Below the pieces are notes generated by a model. The model was not told the origin of the DNA. It saw only the letters and a program-made list of their open reading frames with translations, and made no database searches. A stretch of DNA of 64,000 bases from positions 3,844,001 to 3,908,000 of the forward strand of contig OZ218950.1 in the NCBI GenBank assembly GCA_965112735.1, read 5' to 3'. The stretch comes from Phaeosaccion multiseriatum (Eukaryota > Protista > Ochrophyta, other classes). The position numbers and the translations under genes are program-made. Positions 23,907 to 34,907 of this stretch are shown in pieces (positions within the stretch are counted from its first letter, which is position 1; each line of letters begins with the position of its first letter).

Positions 23907-26900
23907 TCAAGCAAAGGCGCCCTCCTCCTCCTTGACCTTGTCATTGTCATAGTATGTATCCCCCTTGGGGGCGTTGTCATAATAAGCATCAAAGTGCGCC
24001 GCAGACTGGTGGGTAGGGGTGCGTAACTCCGGATCGCGGGTCTCTTCCACGTGGGATTCCTTGACATGGCGCTTGGCTTTGATCACCTCAAGCACGAGAT
24101 CGATGACGACCATGGCAATGATGATGCCCAGGAATATCCATCGCCACATTGACTCGCGGTACGAGCCGAGGTCTCCCAAGAGAGAGATGCCATTGAGCAC
24201 CTGTGTAGGTAGGGGAGGAAGGAAGGAAGGAAGGAAGGAAGGAAGGAAGGAAGGAAGGAAGGAAGGAAGGAAGGAAAGAAGGGAGAGAGGGAGGGGTCGG
24301 GGGCGGTCCATCAGCAAAATGCGAGAACAGGGGCAAAGCGAGGCGAGAAAGCAGTTGCTACGTGAGAAGAGAGAAAAAAAAGGGATAGAGAGAGAGAAAG
24401 GCAATAAGAGCGACAAAAGCCGTGCTGTGGGTGCCCCGTTGCAAGAAAGGCGCTGGCCTAGGGCCTCCTTTTTTTCTTCTCCTCCTTCCTCCGCTTCTCT
24501 CCCTGACTCACCTGGAAGATGGATAGACCCAAAATCGCCAACGCAACGACTTTGTGGAGCCGCTCCCACACCACTCGGGGGTGCTTCCACTCTCGGTCGA
24601 TCCTCTCGATGGTGTGCGGCCTGCACATGGCCAGCAGCACCTGCAGCAGGACGAGGATGACGAGCGCGAGGCCCCTCTTTGCATGCCCAGAGCTGATGTG
24701 GTCCTTGTCTCCTCCGTAGCTGACGGGTCAAGACAGGGAGAGAGAGACCAGAGGGGACGAGTGGGTAAGACAACCTTCGGACATCACCAACAACAACAAC
24801 AACAAGTACAAGTACTCGAACTTTGCACTCGCCCCTCGCACTCGCAACTTACACATCGTTTACGAGGCGGAAGGCAAGCCCGAATCCGACCAGCGCCATC
24901 GCTGTCGCCGTGAGCTGCACGCCCACGTGAATGTTCTTCCAATTCTTGTTGCCCTTGAGATGGCGGGCAATGATCATACCCAGAGGGAAGAGCAGGAACC
25001 CAATGCCCATCACAAGCCCGTGGGCATAGGCAACGTCCAAGTCGAGGCCTCCGATGGCCACCCTCGAAACACCCGCACCGCTGCACTGCACCAGATTCAC
25101 GGACGCGGCCCCACGCGTGGAGGGTCCGTGGTAGCCCAGAGCGCCCGGTCCGTGGGCCCACACCATGGGTTGCTTTTCGTTGATGACGTCAAGGCTTGTG
25201 TCCGAGTCCAATCCATCCCCTGCACTCTGGGCACTCCGCACAAAGGTCATAACGGTGAGGGGCTGTCCGTTGGAGGAGGTGGAGGTGGTGAGCGAGCTGC
25301 TCTGGAGGGCGTTCGGCGAGGATCGCTGAGTGACGCCGCTGGCACTCATGGCCGTAACGTCAAACTCCGCCACGGAGCCATCGGAGTCTTGGGCGATGAT
25401 GGTGTCTGTACCGATCATTCGAGGGACGGAGTTCACTCCCCAGGCGAGCCTGCACACGCAAGGAATAAGGGAAGGGAAGGGAACGAAGGAGAGAAGGAGG
25501 GGGGAAAGGAATCAGTAGGAAGACAACAGAACGAGGCCGTGGTCTCTCACTACGAACTCACCAGCCAGCTCCTCCTACGACCTCAAGCCTGCCGGAGAGA
25601 GTGTCGTTGGCCGGATCGAAGCTCCAGTGGAAGGTCACATCCGACGAGAGCTCCGCCACAAACTCAAAGCCGTCCACGTCACTCAGCGGGCACAGGGCGT
25701 CGTCCTCGGCTGCTGTGGGTGCCGGGGTGGGAACGTCGTCTCCCTCCCTATCCGTGGACGCAGCCAATAAATCCACTGCCTCACTCGAGGCTCCTCTGCT
25801 TGTGGAGCCGTGGTAAGATGGGGCGTCCGTAGAGCCAAAGGCGTATACGACAAAGTTCTCCTCGTTCAAATCGAGAAGGCGCCTGGAAGTAGAGGAGCCG
25901 GCGCCTGCCAAGGGCCGAGAGAAGGTCATGGTCGTCACGCCGTTCTCCACCGCGATGGACGTGTTCTGTAGCCCCGTCTGGTCCTCTCGCACAGTCACAG
26001 CGCGCTGCTCTCCCAGATCATAGTAAGAGACAGAACCGTCCTCTACGACTCCGATGATGGCGTCAGCACCTGTCATGCTCCCATCTTCGTTTACGGCCCA
26101 GCCTGATAAAGGGACAACCCAAGGGACGAACAACAGCAAAGCGCGATCAATCCTCCCGATCAACCAGCAAGCCGTGCCTCCGACCACACATCACACACGC
26201 ACACCTCCCTTGCCGAGATCGCTCTGTTCAGGAAGCTCACGACCGCCGACAGAGATACACACACACTCACTCACCGACCCAACCCACTTCGTCCGCCACG
26301 GTGGCCACTCCTTGCAGATAGGGTTCGCTGCCGTCTATGGGCTCAATGACTGTGTACTCGAAGGTGTAGTCATCGGACAGAGTGAGCGATTGGGTCTCTG
26401 GCTCCACCTCCTCCTCCTCCTCCTCCTCGTCGTCCTCCTCGCCATCGTCTGCCACGCCAAAGGTACTCGCCGTAGCGGCCGAGCCTCGAGTTGTATCTCC
26501 ATGGTAGGATGGCTCCTCGCTCTCTCCGTGAGCGAAGACAACGAAGTTCGAGTCGGTGAGGTTTCTCCCGCTAGAGCTAGCGTCCGCCAAGGGCCGAGAG
26601 AAGGTCATGGTCGTCACGCCGTCCTCCACAGCGATGGATGTGTTCCTCAGCCCCGTCTGGTCCTCTCGCCGACTCACAGCACGCTGCTCTCCCAGATCGT
26701 AGTAAGAGACAGAACCGTCCTCTACGACTCCGACGATGGCGTCAGCACCTGTCATGCTTCGCTCTTCGTTCACCGCCCAGCCTGATGAAGAGATGACAAA
26801 AGAATGGATGAGCGGGTAAGGGGCGATTAATGCTTCGCTGTCATAGAGAGACACATCCGCAGAGGGCACGGGCACCACGCCATGCACACACGGTACACAT

Positions 26901-29900
26901 GACACACTGAGAATCGCTCTGTTCAGGAAGCACACGACCGCCTACAGAGATACACACGCTCACTCACCGACCCAGCCCACTTCAGCCGCCACGGTGGCCA
27001 CTCCTTGCAGATACGGTTCGCTGCCGTCTGTGGGCTCCACGACGGAGTACTCGAAGGTGTAGTCGTCGGCGAGGGTGAGCGACCCAGTCTCCGGCTCCAC
27101 CTCCACCTCCACCTCCTCCTCCTCCTCCTCCTCCTCCTCCTCCTCCTCCTCCTCCTCGTCCTCCTCCTCCTCCTCGCCATCGTCTGCCACGCCAAAGGCA
27201 CTGGCCGTAGCGGCCGAGCCTCGAGTTGTATCTCCATGGTAGGACGGCTCCTCGCTCTCTCCGTGAGCGAAGACAACGAAGTTCGAGTCGGTGAGGTTTC
27301 TCCCGCTAGAGCTAGCGTCCGCCAAGGGCCGAGAGAAGGTCATGGTCGTCACGCCGTCCTCCACGGCGATGGATGTGTTCCTCAGCCCCGTCTGGTCCTC
27401 TCGCCGACTCACAGCACGCTGCTCTCCCAGATCGTAGTAAGAGACAGAACCGTCCTCTACGACTCCGACGATGGCGTCAGCACCTGTCATGCTTCTCTCT
27501 TCGTTCACCGCCCAGCCTGATGAAGAGATGACAAAAGAAGGGACGAACGAAAGGAATGGGGGGTCAATCTCCGATCTACCAACAAGCCGTGCCTCCGACC
27601 ACACATCACACACGCACACCTCCCTTGCCGAGATCGCTCTGTTCAGGAAGCACACGACCGCCTACAGAGAAACACACACACTCACTCACCGACCCAGCCC
27701 ACTTCAGCCGCCACGGTGGCCACTCCTTGGAGATAAGGTTCGCTGCCGTCTGTGGGCTCCACGACGGAGTACTCGAAGGTGTAGTCGTCGGCGAGGGTGA
27801 GCGACCCAGTCTCCGGCTCCACCTCCACCTCCTCCTCCTCCTCCTCCCCCCCCTCCACTTCCTCCTCCTCCTCCTCCTCCTCCTCCTCCTCCTCCTCCTC
27901 CTCGTCCTCCTCGTCCTCCTCGCCATCGACTGCCACGCCAAAGGTACTCGCCGTAGCGGCCGAGCCTCGAGTTGTATCTCCATGGTAGGACGGCTCCTCG
28001 CTCTCTCCGTGAGCGAAGACAACGAAGTTCGAGTCGGTGAGGTCTCTCCCGCTAGAGCTAGCGTCCGCCAAGGGCCGAGAGAAGGTCATGGTCGTCACGC
28101 CGTCCTCCACAGCGATGGATGTGTTCCTCAGCCCCGTCTGGTCCTCTCGCCGACTCACAGCACGCTGCTCTCCCAGATCGTAGTAAGAGACAGAACCGTC
28201 CTCTACGACTCCGACGATGGCGTCAGCACCTGTCATGCTTCTCTCTTCGTTCACCGCCCAGCCTGATGAAGAGATGACAAAAGAAGGGACGAACGAAAGG
28301 AATGGGCGGTCAATCCCCGATTTACCAACAAGCCGTGCCTCCGACCACACATCACACACGCACACCTCCCTTGCCGAGATCGCTCTGTTCAGGAAGCACA
28401 CGACCGCCTACAGAGAAACACACACACTCACTCACCGACCCAGCCCACTTCAGCCGCCACGGTGGCCACTCCTTGGAGATAAGGTTCGCTGCCGTCTGTG
28501 GGCTCCACGACGGAGTACTCGAAGGTGTAGTCGTCGGCGAGGGTGAGCGACCCAGTCTCCGGCTCCACCTCCACCTCTTCCTCCTCCTCCTCCCCCCCCT
28601 CCACTTCCTCCTCCTCCTCCTCCTCCTCCTCCTCCTCCTCCTCCTCCTCCTCCTCCTCCTCCTCCTCCTCCTCCTCCTCCTCCTCGTCCTCCTCGCCATC
28701 GACTGCCACGCCAAAGGTACTCGCCGTAGCGGCCGAGCCTCGAGTTGTATCTCCATGGTAGGACGGCTCCTCGCTCTCTCCGTGAGCGAAGACAACGAAG
28801 TTCGAGTCGGTGAGGTCTCTCCCGCTAGAGCTAGCGTCCGCCAAGGGCCGAGAGAAGGTCATGGTCGTCACGCCGTCCTCCACAGCGATGGATGTGTTCC
28901 TCAGCCCCGTCTGGTCCTCTCGCCGACTCACAGCACGCTGCTCTCCCAGATCGTAGTAAGAGACAGAACCGTCCTCTACGACTCCGACGATGGCGTCAGC
29001 ACCTGTCATGCTTCTCTCTTCGTTCACCGCCCAGCCTGATGAAGAGATGACAAAAGGAGGGACGAACGAAAGGAATGGGCGGTCAATCCTCCCGATCTAC
29101 CAACAAGCCGTGCCTCCGACCACACATCACACACGCACACCTCCCTTGCCGAGATCGCTCTGTTCAGGAAGCACACGACCGCCTACAGAGAAACACACAC
29201 ACTCACTCACCGACCCAACCCACTTCAGCCGCCACGGTGGCCACTCCTTGCAGATACGGTTCGCTGCCGTCTGTGGGCTCCACGACGGAGTACTCGAAGG
29301 TGTAGTCGTCGGCGAGAGTGAGCCGGGACACTGCGTCTTCTGCCACAGGAGCTTCTGTCTCCGACGATGTCGGAGTCTCAGTAGGAGGCGCTGTCACCGC
29401 TGCAGTAGGAGGGCTGGTAGGAGCTTCTGTCGCCGGAGCCACGGTTGGAGGACTGGTAGGAGGTGCTGCCGTCGGGGCCACGGTTGGAGGACTGGTCGGA
29501 GGTGCCGTCGTCGGAGCCACGGTTGGAGGGCTGGTAGGAGGTGCTGTCGTCGGAGCCAGGGTTGGAGGGCTAGTAGGAGGCTGCGTCGCCGCAACAGGCG
29601 CAGGGGTCACCACCGCAACTGGAGCCTCCACAAAGGTCACGGCCGCACTCGAGAACCCTCTCGTCGATCCGTGGTAGGAGACCGAACCAGTTCCAAAGGC
29701 AAAGATCACAAATACGTCGTCACTCAGATCTCTGCCACCAGAAGTGGCATCTGTAATAGGGCGCCTGAAGGTCATTGTGGTGGCGGAAGCACCTTGAGTG
29801 ATGCTGCCGGAGAGCCCCGTTTGGTCCCCTCGTACAGACACAGACCGCTGCGCCCCAAGATTATAGTACTGCACACCATCCGACACGACTCCGATGATGG

Positions 29901-30600
29901 CATCGGTGCCTGTCATGCTTTGTACCGTATTGACGCCCCAGCCTGTACAACGAAAACGAGCGGAGCAAAGGTAGAGACTCAGGAGTTAAAGGAGTTGGGT
30001 CGCCGTCTGTACTAGAGGTTTCGAGTTGTCGCCTCCTCTCTCCTCACGCTCTCTTTACTCAGCCTCGACTGAGATTCATCGCCGCTTCTCTTCTCTGTCT
30101 CTTGCATGCCCTAACTTCCTTCCTGTCCATCCCAAAGGTTCAGAGTTGCGCATGAACTTTGTGCTTTCTTCAACCGTATCAACAAGAGGTTTCGAGTTGA
30201 CGCCTCCTCCGCTCTCTTCATTCAGTCTCGACCGAGCCTAACCCGCCGTTCCCCCTCTGTTCCGCGCGCTAACTTCCTTCCCTCGCCCTCATCTTGCTTT
30301 CCTTTTGCCGCATAACCTCACTTTCGGGACCCCTTATTTCAGGTATCTTCAGGGGCCCGATCCCTCTTTCCCCCGTCGATCCCCTCTCCTATCCACAGAG
30401 CGGCGAGTCCTCTCCGTCCCCCCCCCAGCCCCCTTTCCTTTTGCTCTGTGCTTTCTCACCTATCCAATCCACAGGTCCCGCGACCTCTGCAACTCCTTCG
30501 AGCACCCCATCTGCAACAGTGTAGGTGAAAGAGTAATCGTCGCGCAGTTGCAAGCTCATGGCAACTGCCCGTCGATGGTACGCCCCCCAACTGGGAGCAG
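23907..30600 (-). CDS. Multi-DOMON (7 domains) cytochrome b561 protein (CYBDOM / ferric-reductase-like); 5' end uncertain
   Basis: Seven GW.G|W.VN...MxG.D.I..YHG DOMON units. C-terminal b561: YAHGLVMGIG, WKNIHVGVQ, SGHAKRGLALVILVLLQ, WERLHKVVA. Thr/Pro mucin-like and poly-Glu linkers. Confidence 0.9.
26090..29320 (-). repeat. Tandem array of ~4.5 near-identical ~700-780-bp exon+intron units
   Basis: Exons starting near 26782, 27517, 28263 and 29036, and their intervening ~170-bp introns, are nearly identical; they differ mainly in (GAG)n length. Confidence 0.95.
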
Positions 30601-31464
30601 CAAGTCCTTGTTTTTGGTTTTATGCCTCGCCTAGTTGCGATGTTGGCTTTTTTGTTTTTTTGTTTGTTTTGCTGTGCCACATGATCGCGATTCGACCCGA
30701 TGGCAATTCACGTGCCTTTTCATTCTGCATTTTCCCTCAATTTTTTTTTTTCCGCAACTCCTCAACTTCTCCTCTTCCTGCGTGTCAACCAACTCCACAA
30801 GTTAGCTCCCCTCTTCCCTGAGGGCAGGGTAGATTGGCTATGGCGCATGAACCAACAACGGGCAGCGTCATCTCCTTCTTTGAGCCCTTTGGCTGCTGGT
30901 GGCTGGTTGAAGTATATCCTAGCTCCCTCAGCGGCCGAAAGCCGAAAGCCGAGAAGCCAGGGGCTGGGCTGCGACCAGCAGAAGCCAGTCACCAGCGGGA
31001 AAGAGTGACAAGCCAGAGGCCAGAGGCGGCCTAGGGCCGAATCGACCGAAAGCCGAGAAGCCAGCGCTGGCCTGCGGCCAGAAGCCCGAAGCCAGGAGGG
31101 GGCTACGCACGGCCCAGAAGCCAGGAGCCGGAAAACCTCTTTTCATTTCCTAGCTAGGGCCCGGTTAAGTTTCACCGCTGATGCGCTATTGAGCTATCGC
31201 CGATAGCTGCGCTAGCTGCCTCCCCTATGGGCCTGTTGGCACACGATGGGAATTACATGTAATGCGATTATCATTTCGAATGGTGTTCTCCTCGACGCTT
31301 TTAAGTATTCTACGAAAGACCTTTTGCCCAACCCAGCTATCTGCTGGACCGTCAACAAGGTCGCCCCCCCGCCCGCCCCGCCCCCTCCAGTCGGCGAGAA
31401 AAGCCCTGCTCATGAGCACCCCCCTTCAAAGGGAAGGAGCCGACTTCTGCTCCATTCCCTCCCT

Positions 31465-32816
31465 TTAAAAGCTGTCACAGCAGTCTGCTGCCTTGGACTC
31501 GCTCTTGACCGACTTGATTTTAAGGCCGTGGGAGACTTCCCGAGGGTTCTTCTCCAGTTCCTTGACGATTCGCTCTGCCGTGTCGTGGAACGCCTGCGAC
31601 ACATCCGCTGAATTCCGCGCCGTGAGCTCTACAAAGCTGAGCCCATTGGCGGATGCGAAGGCCTCCCCCTCTGACGTGCTCACTTCCCTCTTGTCCTCCA
31701 GGTCTGTCTTGTTTGCCACGACGGTGATGGACAGGTGTTGGTTGTTGGCGTTGAGGCGAGCCTCTTCCAGCCAGCGCCCCAGGTTGAGGAAGCTCTCTCT
31801 GTTGGAAATGTCGTATACCAGCAAGCAACCGTCTGTTCCTCTGTAATAACTCCGAGTGATTGATAAATATGACTCCTGCCCCGCCTGTTTTTGTTGTTGG
31901 TTCGTTTGGAAAGCGAGAGTAGAGGAGGCGAGGAAGGGGGGTTGGGACGTGAGTGAGGAGAGGAGATGGGGAAGGAAGGAGGGAGGGAGGGAGGGGAGGG
32001 GAGTGTAGTGGGAGGTTACGTCAGCCTCCTTTCAAAGGTCTAGGGCGGCAAAATGCCCCACAAAGAGGGTGGGGATCGGACGAAAGGATTAACCTCCACC
32101 TTCCGTGAGGTTTCCCTTCCGAGACGCTCATCCTTGAGTCGCCCCCCCCCCCCCCCCGGCGCTTCGCAGCGGGCCTCTGCTTCCCTCTATTCCCCTTCCT
32201 CGCAGTGGCCCTCAGCTTCCCTCCCCTCCTCGCTCCCTCCCCCGCTTACCGTGTCCCAAATCTCCAGTTTGACTAAACTCTGCCCAATCTGAATATCCCG
32301 TGCTCCGAACTCCACACCTGCACAGGAGGAAGCAAGCAAGTCCATTGGGGCAGGTTCGGCCGAGATTGGAGGGCTGACAATCTTTTGTATCCTTTTGGAT
32401 GGGCACACTGGGGTCACGAGGCAGCTCGCAACGCACCAGCCCCTGTCTACTCGGTACGCACCAATGGTCATGTCATGGGCGTCCCTGAACTGTCGCTCCG
32501 TGAACTGTAAGAGGATTGAAGATTTCCCTGTCGCTGTGGCAATAACATGAGCAGCAAAGGCCGGGTGGGGTGGTGTGGCATAGAGGGGAAGGCGAGGCGC
32601 GGGGAACAGTGAGAAAATCAATACTGCGCAGGACCCACACGGGTGGGGGTTCGGGCCGGATCCCCAAAGCTCCGGCTGATCCCAAAGAGGAGATGCATCG
32701 AGTCTCATCTGTCCATCTCCCTGCAGAGCGCTGCGTTATATCCAGGCCTCCACCCCCCAGCGCCGAATAATCCAACCTGTGTCTCCAATGATAATGTATT
32801 TGAAGAGGAGCTGCAT
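31465..32816 (-). CDS. Rab2-like small GTPase (4 exons), divergent
   Basis: MQLLFKYIIIGDT|ATGKSSILLQFTERQF..HDMTIG|VEFGAR...IWDT|AGQESYLSITRSYYRG...NKTDL...ELTAR...CCDSF*. Confidence 0.9.
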
Positions 32817-33056
32817 CTTCAGAGAAAGCCCCCCCCCTCAAGGAAGGAAGGGAGTGGCAGAGGGGAAAGGGGTTTTGATAAGGAGCAGCAGCAGGAAAGG
32901 TTTTCACGAACGTTTAATAAGCGTCGCGGGCTGGTTCTGAGTCGCGATGGCAGCCAACGGGCCATTCTCTGGGCTCTGACCCTTTTCATTCCCACCGTGG
33001 CGGCTCTCTCCCTTGGAGAGTGAGCAGATCATCAGGAGGATATTCGTCACAACAAG

Positions 33057-34547
33057 ATGCTAACAGGAGCGACGCTCCAATGCCGAAAGCTTTGGGGAGT
33101 TGAGAGCCGGCGGAGGAGCAGCGGCCTCAAACGCAGCTTATGCAGCGCCTTCGGGCAAAGCATTCGAAGGAGCAGTGGCAGCAGCGATAGCAATGCATCA
33201 ATCGCGTATTTGCAGAGATGGGCAGGTACGGGGGCAAGTCGCGCGGCAGCATCGGTGAAGGAGGCGCCGCCGGCACCGTCACACTCTCCTCCTTCATCAA
33301 CTTCTTCCCCTCAGCCATTGCCTGTGTTTGGGCGCAGCTATCTCATCCCGACCATAAAACTAAGCAGGGGAGACGCGGACAGTGTCGAGGTCTTGACCAC
33401 AAAGCTCAAGCAGAAGAACACTCAGCTCCGTGGTTTCTTTGGGGAGAATAGTCCCGTTGTGGTGGACCTCTGCGGCGTGTCTCCAGACGGCTCCCCGCAC
33501 GGCTCAACGGTGGATGATCACACCATCCATAACATTCTAGAGGCATTGAAGAGCGTGCAAATCGTTCCTGTCGGTGTCTTTGCCTCCTCGCCCGAGGTCC
33601 GAGAGGCTGCGGCAGCTCATGGACTGCCGCCCCTCATGCTCAGCCATAGCCAACAACAGCAACAGCAGCAGGCGACCGTGGCAACTGGCGACTCGGAGCT
33701 GCCAGGACAGCACCGCGCATCGTCTCAGAAGGAGGTCAACGGGGATTTCTCTAAGGAGGTGGACGGGCGGAAGAAGCTGTACAGCGCACCACCACGACCA
33801 CCGGTAGCCGCCGCCGCCGCAGCAGCAGCAGCTTCAGAGCGAGCCTCAGCCTCAGCCTCACTGAGCCCGCCTCCTCCTCCTCCTCCTCCTCCTCATCCTC
33901 CCACCAAAGCCGGCGCCCCCCAGACGCTGGTCCACTCGGGAAACGTGCGCTCTGGCGATCAGCTCTACGCAGAAGGGGGCTCGCTCGTGGTGCTCGGCTC
34001 AGTGAGCTCGGGGGGAGAGGTCCTTGCAGATGTGAGTGCGTTTGTGTGCGTGCGTGCGTGCATTGCGTGGGCAAAGACTTGGAAGTGAGAGGGATAGTCG
34101 TATTAGGGGGTAAAGATGAATATGCCATCGGCCATCGAGCGAAGGGGGGAAGCTGTGCCTGATGTATGATTCCCCAGCACTAACATTTGACTCGAACCTT
34201 CTGTCTTCATTCTCGTCCCTCCCTACCTCTCTTTCTCCTCTCTCTCCCTCCCTCCCTCTCCTCCCTCCCTCCTTCTCTCTCGTTTACCGCTCTCTCTCTT
34301 CTCTCTCCCTACCTCCCCCCGGAGACAGGCAAACATTTACATTTACGGCGCGCTGAGGGGAAGAGCTCTTGCCGGGCTTTCGGGCAGCGCAGAGGCTCGC
34401 ATCTTTGCCACTCGTTTTGACCCCGAGTTGGTCAGCATAGGAGATGCCTTTACTACGGGAGACAAGCTCTCGGAGACGGAGAGGGACGGGCCCCGTCAAG
34501 TGGCGCTGGTGGGCAATACGCTGGTAACCAAACCCCTTGCCTGTTGA
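33057..34547 (+). CDS. minC: Septum site-determining protein MinC, probably mitochondrion-targeted (2 exons)
   Basis: N-domain GFFGENSPVVVDL...IVPVGV; C-domain VRSGDQLYAEGGSLVVLGSVSSGGEVLAD|ANIYIYGALRGRALAG...ARIFATRFDPELVSIG. Intron 34032-34328 (GT-AG). Arg/Ser-rich, acid-poor N-terminal extension. Confidence 0.92.
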
Positions 34548-34907
34548 GGCGGAGGGGCTTCGCTAAACGCTCCGATTTAGGAGCACGGCACGGGGGGGGG
34601 AGGGAGAGTGCACCCCCCTGCACAGCTGAGGTGACTTGGGCCCATTAAGTTGGGCCCGGCTGCACGTCGGCTGTACAGACAGGAGAGGAGGTGCGGCTTG
34701 AGAAGGGCTCTGCTTCCCGCCTTTCGCGCCTCAGTGAGAGGACATGACATGGGGATGGGTTGGAACAAGACGAGACGAGAAGTACGTTCATGCACTCTGT
34801 TTGCGTGTTGAGAGAGAGAGGGTGGGGTCCAAAGAGGCCATTCATGTACAAAGTTTGCTGCTCTGTCTGTACACATGTGCCTCCCTATCCTTAATTACTT
34901 AATTCAA

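Noticed and set aside
24927-29305. Repeated plus-strand ORFs over the DOMON gene
   Set aside because: Antisense shadows of GC-rich coding exons.
33057-34547. Bacterial contamination as the source of minC
   Set aside because: It has a GT-AG intron, an N-terminal extension and host-like composition, and is flanked by Rab and Nup88.
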